DNA from: Lama glama
Lineage: Eukaryota
Direction: 5' to 3'
NCBI GenBank assembly: GCA_028534125.1
Contig: CM052816.1
Coordinates: 63,242,001 to 63,306,000 of the forward strand
DNA length: 64,000 nt
The translations under genes were made by a program, and so were the position numbers. This document shows, in pieces, positions 1-12,862 of the stretch; the first letter of the stretch is position 1; each line of letters opens with the position of its first letter. The notes beneath the pieces are model-generated. The model searched no databases. It was not told the DNA's origin and saw only the letters and a program-made list of their open reading frames with translations.

Positions 1-349
1 GAAAGGGTGTTTTGCCTTCACCTATTTTCACGTAAGACATAACCAGCTGCACAGTAGGAACATGGGGTTAATGCGGAGTACCTCTCACTCGCTTATTCAG
101 CCCTTGGGGTTCCAAAAAGCTGCTCTACTATCCACAGCTATGCGTGTTAATTCACTCGATAAGCACATATGTGATACTGAGCCAAGAATGAGGTGGAAAA
201 GCATGCACAAGGACAACTATTTTTTTTACCCAGGAAGAGGCTTCAATCGAGTTCACAAACATATAAACTATATGATCATATATACCATATGCAGTATTAT
301 AAATTACGATAAAACATATATGCTTAAAATAACATTAAACATTAACTGT

Positions 350-775
350 ACCTCACAGTTCCTGTGCGTTAGGAATTCAAGAGCAGCTTGACTGGGCATT
401 TCTGACACTGCAGTCGGGTGCTGACTGGGGTTACAGTCATCTGGAAGCTTTCCTGGAAAAGGAAGGTCTACTTCCAAACAGGCTGACCTACATAGCTAAC
501 AAGTTGGGGCTGGGTTTTGTTGGGTGGCTTCAGTTCCTCTACACTTGGGCCTCTCTGCGGAGCTGCTTGAGTGTCCTCACAGCATGGTGACTGGCTTCCC
601 CCATAGTGAGCAACCCAAGAGAACAAGATGAACACTGCAGTTCCCTCATTTGACCCAATCCGGGACATCACACTGTCACCTGTGTTACACTGGTCACACA
701 GACCAGCCCTGATTCTGTGTGGGAGGGTACTCTACGAAGCTGTGACTACCAGGAGACACAACCATCAGAGCCACG
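350..775 (-). mobile_element. MaLR solo LTR, MLT1G/H-like
   Basis: Typical MLT1 blocks: ctgcttgagtgtcctcacagcatggtgactggcttccc and cagccctgattctgtgtgggaggg. Confidence 0.65.
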
Positions 776-1085
776 CTGAGCAGGAAGGGGGCGTTGACAA
801 AGGAGGCTTTCCTTTCGCCTCTCTCAGCCTCCACTTCCCCGTCTCCAAAGTGGCGATAATTACAGTACCCACCTCGTGGGATTCTGTTGAGAATGGGGAA
901 TGTAAAGCATTTGAAATGTGATGATAGCATCCAGCATTCAGTGAGCAGTAAATAACAGCTAGCCACGTATTGGTTTATTTATTTAATTGCTACTAATGGT
1001 TTTTATTCAAACACCCTGGAAAGGAGCACTCAATGGAAAAAAGTCAAACCTCTGAACTCAACAGTAAGTAGCAATAGTTCTGCAA

Positions 1086-1088
<3 letters not shown>

Positions 1089-1124
<36 letters not shown>
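1089..1124. repeat. (AC)18 microsatellite
   Basis: Direct reading. Confidence 0.97.
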
Positions 1125-1126
<2 letters not shown>

Positions 1127-1229
1127 CTTGGTTAAACCACTCATTGCTACACTGACCTTGATGAAATCTATCAAAAAGGGTAAGAGACCTTAAGTAGAAA
1201 AGTGACATTACTGGCAGGTAGAAGGAATA

Positions 1230-1510
1230 TCTAACAATTCTCAAGGACAGAAAGTAAAAGCAGGCTTCCAGAAACCTAGAAGAAGGAAGTAGGAAGTTAG
1301 AAACTTCCTCTATCCCTCAGGAACCACTTGGTCTTTCAACTCTGCCTCTTTCTTCTCTCTCCCTATCTGCCCCAGCCCTGCTTTCTCAGTTTCTTCATTC
1401 AGGTATTGAACAGAGACTAGAATCTTGCAGTCCAATTCCAAATTTCTGGGAAGAAGAATCTGATTGGTCCATTTTGTCCATCCCAGACCCAACTTTCTCT
1501 GATGGGAGAG
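1230..1510 (-). mobile_element. Old MaLR LTR remnant (MLT1J/K-like)
   Basis: ttccaaatttctgggaagaagaatctgattggtcc resembles old MLT1 consensus; highly diverged. Confidence 0.35.
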
Positions 1511-1825
1511 GAAGGAGAACTATTACCTGATTTACTGGCCACTCATCAGGATGTGAGAGAGTAGACTGTCTTTTAAGAAGGATATGTAGGAATTAAGATT
1601 AAATGATTGATGGAAGAAACTACTGGCCTCTCTAGTACAAACTCTTGGCAAAGAAAACCATTACCAGTTTGGTTCAAGTCAGCAAAATGAACCACATATC
1701 CAACTCAAATTTGAAGAGCTTTAATTAAACGAAAACATATAAATAAATCTGTTCATCATACGGACATACAACTAGCAGCCTTATTTCGATTGTCACTTTG
1801 AACAGATGTAGGGCAACAAGTATCT

Positions 1826-1858
1826 ACACACGCACACGCACACGCACATGCACACACA
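1826..1858. repeat. (CACACG)n/(CA)n compound microsatellite
   Basis: acacacgcacacgcacacgcacatgcacacaca. Confidence 0.9.
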
Positions 1859-2036
1859 ATTACAAATAATGCTGGCTAATGACCAAAGCAGGAAAGAAAA
1901 TTACAAACAAGTAAATTGCTTTGATGTTTACATTTTCATTCTCAAAGTAGACTGAGTAATTGAGCTGTTCTTTGAATTGCTCAAGCCCTGCATTTCATAG
2001 GAGAAAGCCAATTTCAACACATGTTTTCATGGAGAA

Positions 2037-2055
2037 ACACACACACACACACACA
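2037..2055. repeat. (AC)9 microsatellite
   Basis: Direct reading. Confidence 0.95.
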
Positions 2056-2455
2056 GCCTTGGTGAAATCACTCATTGCTTCATAGGTGACAGGATCCTTT
2101 GAGTAAATGTGTCTGCTCTACATTGCCTCACCACTCAACTGGAAAGAATCCTAGAAAATAATCTTTTGGTTTCAGAATTGTTGAGAACCTGTTCTGAGAG
2201 GTGGCTCCCATCACTTGCCAAACTACTTATTCTAGTTGTTTCTTAGGCACAATTTCTTCACTCTTTTAATAAAATATTGTCTACTTCTTTGGTCTCTGAA
2301 TCAAACCATTCGATTCTGTTAATTATAAAATGAGAATGGGCAGAAACAATTTCTCATCATATAATTCCTGATGCTAAATGATGTAGTTCAAGACCACATC
2401 CTAGCTTGTTTCTTTTCACTTTCTAACAACTTAGTATAACATTATGATAAAATTG

Positions 2456-2860
2456 TGTTATCACTAAATTGTGTCCCTGCCTCCACCCAAAATTCACATG
2501 TTGAAGTCCTAACCCCCAATACCTTAGAATATACAACCATATTTGGAGAGAGGGCCTTTAGAGAAGTGATTAAGTTAAAGCAAGGCTCTTAGGGTGCGCC
2601 CTTGCCAATCTGGCTAGTGTCCTTAAACAAGGATAAAATCTGAGTTTCAGGGGCCCATGCCCTCAAAGGAAAGATCACATGAGGGCATGGAAAGAAGGCA
2701 GCTACCTGCAAGCCAAGGAGAGAGGCCTCGGAACATATAAATTCTGCTGACACCTTGGTCTTGGACTTCTAACTTCCAGGACCATGGGAAAACGAGCTTC
2801 TGTTGTTTAAGCCACCCAATCTGCGGAATTTTGCCTTGGCAAACCTAACACGCTAATATA
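2456..2860 (+). mobile_element. MaLR solo LTR, MLT1B-like
   Basis: tgttat...aattgtgtccc...atgttgaagtcctaacccc start; gcaagccaaggagagaggcctc; ctgttgtttaagccaccca; ends ctaatata. Confidence 0.88.
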
Positions 2861-2964
2861 ATTGGATGCATGTTTCGCTGATCAAAAAAATAGAAAGATA
2901 TCAACACAATTCAACTAATGTTTACTTATTAGCTGCCTCAAGGATTTTGTAGAATGAGGCAAGG

Positions 2965-3090
2965 GATCAACAAATAAAACACTGGGAGCCTACTGCAAGC
3001 CCAGCTCTCTGGCAGATGACTGGAACACAGAGATGAAGGAGGCGTCGTCACACCCATCAGAAGCCTCAGGTCCAGCAAGGGAGACAAACT
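2965..3090 (-). mobile_element. L2 3' fragment
   Basis: tcaacaaat...gagcctactg...ggaacacagagatgaa...gggagac resembles an antisense L2 tail. Confidence 0.45.
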
Positions 3091-4274
3091 CATGACTTAC
3101 GTACTAAATAGATGTAACGCTTTGAGGAGATGAGTGTGCATTTCTGCTGGACCAGAGGAACAACAGGGACGTGAGGCAACAATAAGTCAGTTCAAGAGAA
3201 AAAAGCAATCTTATTTCTGATGTTTTAAAATTATTTCTGAGTACAAATGTTTTTAAATAGCAGATAAAATCCTACTTTACTTCTTAGAAAGAGTAGTTCA
3301 ACATGAGCTATACTAAATAAAAATAGGATAGACATTTGCTACCAACTAAATTAAAAATATTAAATATCCACATTGAATAGTAGTTCCACTTAAGTCTCCT
3401 TCTATATCCATTTCATCCTGTTAGCTCTTCATGATATAATCCTCTCTCAAACTAGATATTGTCCAAGGACCAGGCGGCCAAGAATTTTTCAAAAGACATC
3501 TTAGTGATCAAACTGGCCATTTTATAATATTTGCACTTCTATCATTTTACTCCCAATCTATGTGCCTCACATTAAGGTGTAGCATGATTCCATTTTCAGT
3601 CATGTTTGTCCACCTCTATGAGCCAATCCATGAATTCAAGGGCATGAACACAACTAAGGAAAGCATTACCACCATTTTCAGCCGTCCTCAAGTCTTCCAA
3701 AGACCCCAGCCCTAGAGGACTGGAGTAGCCCTGGAATGGACAGGCATTCAGGTCAGGCTCTAGAACTCCCACAGAAGTCAGTGATTCTGTCCATCTCACG
3801 TCTGGCACCAGAATAATGAGGCACTTGCTTTAATCAAAAGAACAGAACACCTGCACTACAGGAAAGTATCTCAGAATCCAGTCCATAAACTATCACCCTG
3901 TTCTTGCCAGAGCTTATTAAAGCAAATTGTATTTGAAAGAGATTCCATTGAACATGTTAATATCTAAGCCCTAAAGTTATTAGAAAAAAATCCCCAACCA
4001 TTTCAGTCATTTCTTTGCAGAAGTGATCCAATACAACAGTCTAGATACTTTGCTTTGGTGCCAGAAATTACAATTTATAATACAATATATCTTTCACAAA
4101 GTTGTATTTTGAATACGCTGTCCTTTGCCATACTCAATAGCCATTATATACAAGGAGTTTCACAACCTACACAATAAATTCCCTTTTTCATAGTGGGCAA
4201 AAAAGAAGAGGAAAGTGAGATTGTATTTCATGCTTCTCTTCTGCTCATTCTGTTAAAATGAGAGTTTTCCTAGG

Positions 4275-4790
4275 TTAGGTACCCTCTCTCTTCTCTCATC
4301 ACACCCTCTTCCACTTCAGTGACTTTATCTAGTTCCCAATTTCCTCTATCATCTGTATGTCAGTGACCCCAAACCTCTCCCACCACAATCAGCCCCAGCT
4401 GTAGAACCAGCACTGTCCACTAGAGCTTTCTGTGATGACAGAAGTATTCTAATCTGTGCTGTCCAATACGGTCATTACTAGACACATGTGACTATGGAGC
4501 ACGCAATTTAAATTTAAATCCAATGGCTATTGAGTATCATATCGGACAGAACAGCTCCAGACCTCCACTGATAGCTGCCTGCTGAGATACCTGACTCCGT
4601 CCGTGCCTGTGGACACTTTAAAACTAGTATATCCAATCCAAGATGTTCAGTTTCTGCCCCCAAACAGCTCCTCCCATTCATTCACTTATCCCTATTAATT
4701 ATACCACCATTCTCTTGTTCATCCAGACTATGACAACAAAGTTATTTCTGACGTCCACCTCTTCCCCACATCCAGCTTGCTTACTACACA
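4275..4790 (+). mobile_element. L2 fragment interrupted by a MER3
   Basis: Pyrimidine-rich L2-like sequence (atcatctgtatgtcagtgacccc, gctgcctgctgagatacc) on both sides of the MER3. Confidence 0.55.
4408..4554 (+). mobile_element. MER3 hAT-Charlie element (internally deleted)
   Basis: Starts cagcactgtccactagagctttctgtgatga, contains ctgtgctgtccaatacg, ends ggacagaacag. Confidence 0.8.
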
Positions 4791-5366
4791 GTCACACCTC
4801 TGGCCAAGGGAGAAAAATTCATTTAAGAAAATAATTAAAATTTTAGAATAAATGTGTCCAGCAACAAATGAATGCATTTTAACTGGTGTTTTAATTATGC
4901 TATTCCCTCCTGAAAACATTAGCCAGTATTCAACACTGCATCAATGTAAAGTGAATTACATAGTCTGTATTGATCAGAGGGGGGAATTTCAAGGGTGAAA
5001 TCTATGACACATGTGGGGAGGGATGGGGAAGATGCAAGGTTAGGCAGTAGAAATAGCATGAGTTAAATTATTTAACTCAAGAGAAACGGTGAGGTCTGCA
5101 GATTTGCAAGAAGTAGAGAGAGAAGAATGAGGAAGAGGAAAGGAAGAAGAAAGAGAGACAGCAGATAGAATTATTTTGGCTGGTAAGAAGAAGAAGGCCT
5201 CATTGGGAGGTGAACAAAAGAGAGTTAGGATCTCAGTGAAGGCTGACACCTTGCAGGCCACTCCTGGTTGCTCTGCGGGAGTGCCTTCCACCCTATGGTA
5301 ACTACTTCCTAATGAAGAAAACACATGTGAATGGTAATTAGAGGACGAACTACCCTTGGCCTAGAG

Positions 5367-5872
5367 GTACATCATCTAACAGAAATAAAATGCAACCTAC
5401 TCGTGCAGTTTTAAATTTTCTGGTAGACTCTTTTAAAAAGTAAAAAAAAAAAGAGAGAGAGAGAGAGAAATTTACTTTTTAGTGTATTGTATTTAATCCA
5501 ATATACCTAAAACATCATTTAAACATGTAATCAATATTTTTAAAGTTATGTATAAGACAATTTACCTGTTTTAAGTCTTTGAAATCAGGTCTGTATTTAG
5601 CACTTAGATTGCATCTAAATTTGGACATTTAAATTTTCACTGGAAATACTAAACAGGTATTTAGATTTCATCAAATTAACAGTTGGAAAATCAGATTCAC
5701 ATAGATACCATGTGGCTCCAAACACTCATAACATGTTTCTAAATCTAAATTATTAGTTTTAAATTAATTAAAATCAAATAAAATGTAAAACGTTGTTCCT
5801 CAGTCACACTCAACACATTTCAAGTGTCCAAGAGCCACATGTGGCCCGTGGATACCATCCTGGACAGCTCAA
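5367..5872 (+). mobile_element. hAT-Charlie DNA transposon, MER119/MER33-like
   Basis: Perfect 8-bp TSD GCCTAGAG (5359-5366, 5873-5880); end cacatttcaagtgtccaagagccacatgtggcccgtggataccatcctggacagc; internal A/(GA)n run. Confidence 0.85.
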
Positions 5873-6409
5873 GCCTAGAGCTTACACCACTTTCAGAAAA
5901 AGCCTTGGAGGATTTTGTCAGAAAGCTGTGCTCAGACAAAGGCTACATGAGAAAGGAAAGTTTTGGAGTTGTGTGTGAAACAAGAGTTAGTTTGAGCACC
6001 TGCACCAGAGAGACCTTTTGATTTTGCAAACCTATTTTTTCTCACTAACTGACTCTATCCAGGCCCACAGAGGAGCTAAATCACGTGGCCACAGATTTAC
6101 ATTGTCTCAGTGCTCTCTGGTCACTGGCCTCGCTGAAGGAGCACTGACCCGGGAAATGGAGGCAGCCTCCCTCTTGCAACTTTCTCCTCCTTGTAGAGTG
6201 AGATAACAGAGGGAGAGCAAGGGGCCCAGAAAATGAGGAAGATGCATGTGCTGGGGCTGTAAGTCCAAAAAGTTGTTGGGTTTTGCTCTGTTTTTGCATT
6301 TAACCATCACATTGCTGTCCAACTTGAAGAAATATACCATATTAGAGGGAAAGTCAAATCAGAACCAATCATCTTCAAACTCAGTCATTCTAACTGATAA
6401 CAGTAGCCT

Positions 6410-6530
6410 GTCAGACACCAAAGGACAAGAACTTTTGTCTGTTTTATTCACTGCTATATCTCCAGATATAAACTAGGCCTGTAATAGAAGATTAACAATT
6501 ATTTGCTCAGCAAAGAAATTAATAAACAGC
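6410..6530 (+). mobile_element. L2 3' end
   Basis: ttttgtctgttttattcactgctatatctccag. Confidence 0.6.
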
Positions 6531-6592
6531 TCAGTGCTTCTCACACAATGATCACAACAGCAGCAATACCACAGGGTCATGTTCTGAATCTG

Positions 6593-6705
6593 CCATTCAT
6601 TCATTTTTCTCACACAGTTTTAAGTGTTCACCACGTGTCAATCTCCCTGTTAGATGCTGTGTGTATAGAAATAATAAACACACAAAAAAGACTAAAGGAA
6701 AAGGA
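6593..6705 (-). mobile_element. L2 3' end
   Basis: cattcattca...taagtgttcaccacgtgtca...tgttagatgctg. Confidence 0.5.
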
Positions 6706-7834
6706 GAAATGTCTTTGTAAAGCACTCTCTTTCAGAACAATAAAAAAATCATCTTTCCATCATTTAAAAGATCCATTTGACTAATAGTGGTTTTATTTTC
6801 CTCAAATATGGTATCAAACATTGAATTGCAGCTTACTCAGAGGCCACTAGATCTCACCTAACTCTTGAAACCTTACACAACCTCCATCAATAGAAATAAA
6901 CATTCCCCTTCCCAAAAAGCACTACAGACCTGACTCTCTCTGATTTCAAACATCATGCCCTAATTAGGCATTTCATTTAAGTTCTCTTTCCAAGTTCACG
7001 TAGGAGTTTTCCTATCCTTCCTTCCTTGCTTAGACCAAGTGAGTTTTTTTTCTATTTCGAGGCTTTTCAGACAATGCTAATCACAGGCACATTTCCAAAA
7101 TGCATAAGAATTAGAGAAAGGAGTTGATTCCTTAATTCTTGCTACTGACTTGAAGCTCAGCATGCTCTCCGGAGCCCTGTGAGCCACTGAGTAGCAATGA
7201 TGAGGCCATCTGGCCTTCCCGCAGCACACTGGAGAAAGTGTCTTTCGGCATAAAAATCAGGGACGCCTGTTGTTTAGAATGAGTTGAGTGCAGCCACCAC
7301 TCATGAAAGAGATGATGTCTGACCACAACCGGAGGCCCATCCAAAAGGAAGCTAAGTCCATGCACGCAACGCCTCGCCCTCCCCTATTTGCACAGCCTTC
7401 TCTTATCTACCTTTAGCGATCATTTTCCAACGCTCCCCTTTTGACTGTGTTTCTTCCTCCATAAATTACTGCCCCCAAATTGACAAACCTTGATTTGAGC
7501 TTTGTATGTACTTTATGACTGCTGTCTAAACAGCTACTCATTAAGGGGAAGACAAATTAGAGACAATAAAGAGGGCTGTGGCTGGGGAGGTGGGATTTGG
7601 CATGTAGATAAACCCAAGGAGTCTGCTCACTCGTCATCCACCCAGCCTGGCCCACAAAATGAAGAAGAAAGGGGGCACAAGGATGACAAACGTTCCAGGG
7701 GAAGAAACTGGCTGGGTGCCGACTTGTCTATCCTGATGTGATCAGCAACACACACTCATTGAGATGTTGAAGACAGCCAGCACTCTCAGCTTCTCCAAGT
7801 CAATGATTTCCGGACAGTGTTTCCAGGGTAGTTT

Positions 7835-7838
<4 letters not shown>

Positions 7839-7888
<50 letters not shown>
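7839..7888. repeat. (AC)25 microsatellite
   Basis: Direct reading. Confidence 0.97.
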
Positions 7889-7890
<2 letters not shown>

Positions 7891-9699
7891 AAACCCAAAG
7901 AACAATATAATTCTCAGTCATTAGACCATGGGTCCTGTTTGGGGATTGGAATAGTCACCACAATGTTGCCTAAGGATCTCTGGGTCCAGGAGCATTCTCC
8001 TTATAAATCCCACTTACTACCCAAGGTCATCACTTAGACCAAGGATAGATGAACACAGAAGACAATAAAAGTGCAAACTGAACTTCCCAAATGGAGAAAA
8101 ATCCATTAGCTGGTGAAGCTTCGCAGATTACTCCTTCCTGATCTCATGGATGAGATTTTCAGCGCAGGCAGGCACAACACTGAAACAGCTGAATGGGTGA
8201 GCACTGCATGCTTGATTCACTAAATACCCACAGGGGTAAATACACCGTATCAGTTGTAATTCACATCAAGCTCCCTTTGGGTCTCAGGGCATTGCCTTTT
8301 ATGTATGTTCACTCCACGCCCCACACACCTGACACTCCCAGTGAATTATGTAGGCTTTATATTCTATTAATGTGAATATTTCCCTTTTTAGGGTAGGTAC
8401 CTGGATTTCTTTCAGACAGTGGCCTCTCAATCTTGAGCAATTTGATTATTTTCATGAAGTCTGTGTTTTAACTTAAACTAAAACTTTTCTTTGCAATTAA
8501 ACGGTCTGGACAGATCTGAAAAGACTGCAGACACCCCTAGAATCTTCCTCTCTGGGCTCTTCGTGAACTCAATCTCAGGTAATCCAACACAGGCACTCTA
8601 CATTCACGTAGGTGAACAGACAAAGGCACACAAAGGGCTCCCTTATTCTGATGGGAGGAACTCTGCGCCTTATGTTATCAAGTGCATCCTACCAAGCTGG
8701 AAGAAGTACGGAGTTCTGAGGAACCAGGATTAAACTTCACACCGGCAGCCCCACGTATCGTTCTCGATTACAAAAGTGCACCAGCTTTGGCTGTCGTGTA
8801 CCTTTCAAGCTTCTATGCAAATCTGGGTGTTCTCCCAATGCTGTACATGTCATTTGTGACTTCTAACATTCAGCTTGGCACGCTTCTATTCTCTGCAGGA
8901 GTTCCTTTAAGTGTGCCAGTACCCATTTTGAATATTATATTTCTTCCTCAGGTCTTACAGCTCTGAATAAGAAAATGAAGAGATGATTATATTGTTATTT
9001 TATAGCTCCTCTCATAAGGAACTCAAGGCTCTGAACAAATATTTAGACTGACCGGGATAAAAAAAGAGCCAACTGCTCTTTGGAAAGGAATATTAATTCT
9101 TTCAATTTTCTTATGTGTCATTTAACAAATTATCCATTCCAAGGCAATAAATGGCCCTCTGGCAGCCAGGCTGAATTAACAACTCTGCAAGCAGTAAACC
9201 TTTTATTTATAAATCACTAATGACATCCATTATCTTATCTTGCCAAACCTTCATAATTATGAGAAAGACAAGCAGACAAAGCCAACTCTACAAATAGGCA
9301 AACTAAAAGACCACCCATCCGTTGGTCTTACCAGCCAACCCACAGCGACTGACCCCTCCTACCTGAAATCACATTCCATAAAATCATTCAACAAATATTT
9401 ATTGAGGCCCCATTATATGCCAGGTCTACCTTCTCTAAGGGTCACTGGGCAATACATACGTAACTTAAAAGGTTGCAATGACTTTTCTCTCTCTTCTTTT
9501 CCTACAATGATTGACGTGAGCGCTTGACCCTGCCTGGTAGAGTCACTGGTTGCACCAACATGCCCACAGCCACCTCACTCTGCAGGGAACATCCAGTTCC
9601 AACCCTGACCAAAGAGTGGACTAAAGCAGAGCTGTCGGATCCTGCCTCGAAGTGACAGGCAGATGTGGGATGTACCACTGACAGCTGTGAAACCCCCAC

Positions 9700-10034
9700 T
9701 CAGCACTTTGCCCTTGGCTGTTCCTGTGCCTAGAATGCCCCCACCCCAGACGTCTCCACAGCTCAGAGCTCTGTGTCATCCAGGCTTTTAATGCTGCCCC
9801 CTCACAGGAACATTCCTTGACCTCCCTCTCCAATATATATCCTATTTATTTACATGCTTTATTTTTACAGCACATCTAATTCACTGTCTGGCATTATATG
9901 AGTGTTCTCCTATCTCCTTTCCTGGAATGTCAGTCTTGAAGCAGGACTTATTTTGTCCACTGATGTGTCCCCCAAGCCTAGAATAGTGCCTGACACGTGG
10001 CAGATCCCCAATGAACTGTCGTCAAATGGATGGA
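9700..10034 (+). mobile_element. L2a 3' end
   Basis: gctgttcctgtgcctagaatg ... cctagaatagtgcctgacacgtgg ... aaatggatgga. Confidence 0.75.
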
Positions 10035-10234
10035 CTTTTTCCAAGGGTAGCTTACATCTCTTCATGGCAAATATTTTCACTGGAAAATATCTTCACACTG
10101 CCTCTTGACGCAATTAGCATAGGCCAACATTCCTGTTATAGACCCATGTTTTAACCCAACAACTCAGCCTTAAAAATCTGTCATGGAGAAGAGCAGCAGC
10201 CACATGGATTACAATCACCCAATAAATGCAGGCA

Positions 10235-10411
10235 GCGAGGGAGCCAGGAAAACGAACCTCTGGACTCACTCTGTCACTCTCCCATCCCTTACTGGTGCCT
10301 GCCACTAGCCCAAATGCAAGTCAGCGGGCAAGGGAGCCCGTTAGCGCAGTCACACAGCGCACAGAGCGGGGTGGAGAAGATCTGTAGGAGGAAGGGGAAG
10401 ATACCCAGCAT
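10235..10411 (-). mobile_element. ERVL LTR33-like fragment
   Basis: gggcaagggagcccg...gcagtc...gcacagagcggggtggagaag...gaagatacccagca. Confidence 0.6.
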
Positions 10412-12109
10412 GAAATCAATTTGTGTGCGTGCGTGCTGTGCGTGCGTATAAAAATATGCCCTAATATGCCCAACGGTGTGCCAGAGATTCTTCAGCCTTT
10501 CCTGCCAGCCTCATCCAGTGTCACATCCATTGCACAGTTTCTTCCTTCTCTCTCTTCAGTGGATACTCTGACACTATTGTCTTATGTACACTGTATCTAT
10601 TAAACTATCTACCATAACTCTGAAAATGGCCACTGGCCTCCCTTCAACTTTCATTAACTAGGTTTATGAATTTTAGCATCTTTAACTTTTTTACCTTTAA
10701 ATTTTTTCATTTTGTTTTTAGTCTTCTAAGATTATATTCGGTTTCTCATCTTTTGACTATGTAAAATAAATTACGATAAATAATTTTATACCACTTATTA
10801 GTAAGTTGATAGCTTATTTACATGAAAATGAACCTTTTAAGATTTGATTAGCATGCTAGGACTAGCCCGATTTGATTTTTAAAGTTTTTTTTAAAAAACT
10901 AAGTGGCACACAGTCTACCAGGAAGTAAAAGCACAGAACTTTCCAGAGGTCTGTGGGATCCAAACATACTTCTTAGCTATCTTTTCCCCTTACTTATTCT
11001 CAAGGACACAGAACTCTGAGTATATAGATTGGCCATCGCATGACTTCCTGTCACGATGGTGGAGTAGTATAGGACCACGAGCTCGCCTCCTCTCACAATT
11101 ATAAGAAAACCACACTAAACAACCATAGGAAAAGAAAAGACTGGAACCTAGGGGAAAAAAAAAAAAACTCTTTCAACTGGAAACATCAAAAGGGAACCAC
11201 AGCAGGATGGTAAATTGCATGTTCGCAATATAATCAGGTCCCATAACCCCAAGGGTGGGCGACCCACAAGCTGGAGAAAAAGCATATTGCAGAGGCCCTC
11301 CTACAGGAGTGAGAGTTCTGAGCCCCGTGTCAGACTCCCAGCCTGGGGTTCCAGCACTGGGAGAAGACCATCCCAGCAGGGCTTGACTGCAGGAGCTCCA
11401 TGGAACTGGGGGAAACAGAGACTTCATTCAATGAGAAGCCCACACAGAATCTCATTTGTGCCAGGACCAAGGGTTGAGGCAGTGATTTCATAGGAACCTG
11501 GGCCAGACCTGCCTGCTGGTTTTGGAAGTTCTCCTGGGGAGGTGGGGTGTGGCTGTGGCTCACCTTGAAGACACAAAAGTTTATGGCAGACGTTCAGGAA
11601 ATGTTCATCTATATGTGCTTCTTAGAGGCTGACATCTTGCTTGGGTCATCAGCACGAAGTCCTAACCCCACTAGGGCTAGCCTACAGTGGGCTTAAGTGC
11701 TAAGCCAAACATACTGGGTGGGGAATGCAGTCCCACCAATCAGCAGACTTCCTGAGCCAACAGCCACCTCTAGACATACCCCTAGATACTGCCCTGCCCA
11801 CCAGAGGGCCAGGACCAAGCTCCACCCAGCACTGACTCCTCCTGCCAGGAAACCAGCACAAACCTCTAGTCCAGGCTCACCAACCAGGGGGCAGATATCA
11901 GAAGTAAGAAAACAACAATATGACAGCCTGTGGAAGGAGTCTGCAAACACAGACCAGATTCTACCCTGGGACCAGCTGGACCCTGAGCCTTGGGTGACAA
12001 GAGGGGAATGTACTGCTGGGACACACAGGATATCTCATACATAAGGCCACTTCTCCAAGGTTGAGAAACATAACTAACCTACCTAAAAATACAAATAGAA
12101 ATAGACAAA

Positions 12110-12862
12110 ATGAGGCAGCAGAGGAATATGTTCCAGACAAAGGCACAAGATAAAATCCCAGATTAAATAAGTGATAAGGAGACAGGCAATCTACTCAAGG
12201 AAGAGTTCAGAGTAATGATTGTAAAGATGATCAGAGAACTCAGGAGGAGAACAGATGCACAGAGTGAAATTTTTAGCAAAGAGTTAGAAAATATAAAGAA
12301 TACCCAAACAGGGTTGGAGAATACAATTACTAAAATGAATACTACGCTAGAAGGAACCAAGAACAGACTAACTGAGGCAGAAGAATGGATTGGTGAACTA
12401 GAAGACAGATTAGTGAAAATCACTACCACAGAACAGAAGAAAAAAGAATGAAAAGAAATGAGGATAGTTTAAGAGACCCCTGGGACAACATGAAATGCAT
12501 TAATATTTGCATTATACATGTTCCAGAAATAAAAAAGAGAGAAAGGAGCTGAGAAAATATTTGAAGAGATAATAGAGGAGAAAACTTCCCTAATTTGTGA
12601 AAGTAAAGCCACTCAAGTCCAGGAAGCACAAAGAGTCCCACACAGGATTAACACAAAGAGGAACACATCAAAGTACATAGTAATCAAATTGATAAAAATT
12701 AAAGATAAGGATAAAATATTAAAATCAGCAAAAGAAAAGCAACAAATAACATCCTAGGGAACCCTCATAAGGTTATAAGCTGATTTTTCAGCAGAAACTG
12801 TACAGGTCAAAAGTTAGCACCACCAAACCAACTTTATAAAAATGTTAAAAGAATTTCTTTAG
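12110..12862 (+). pseudogene. L1 ORF1p remnant (frameshifts, C-terminal deletion)
   Basis: atgaggcagcagaggaat start; coiled-coil MIVKMIRELRRR...RLTEAEEWIGELEDR; jumps from gcagaaactgtacaggtc to agcaccaccaaacca. Confidence 0.88.
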
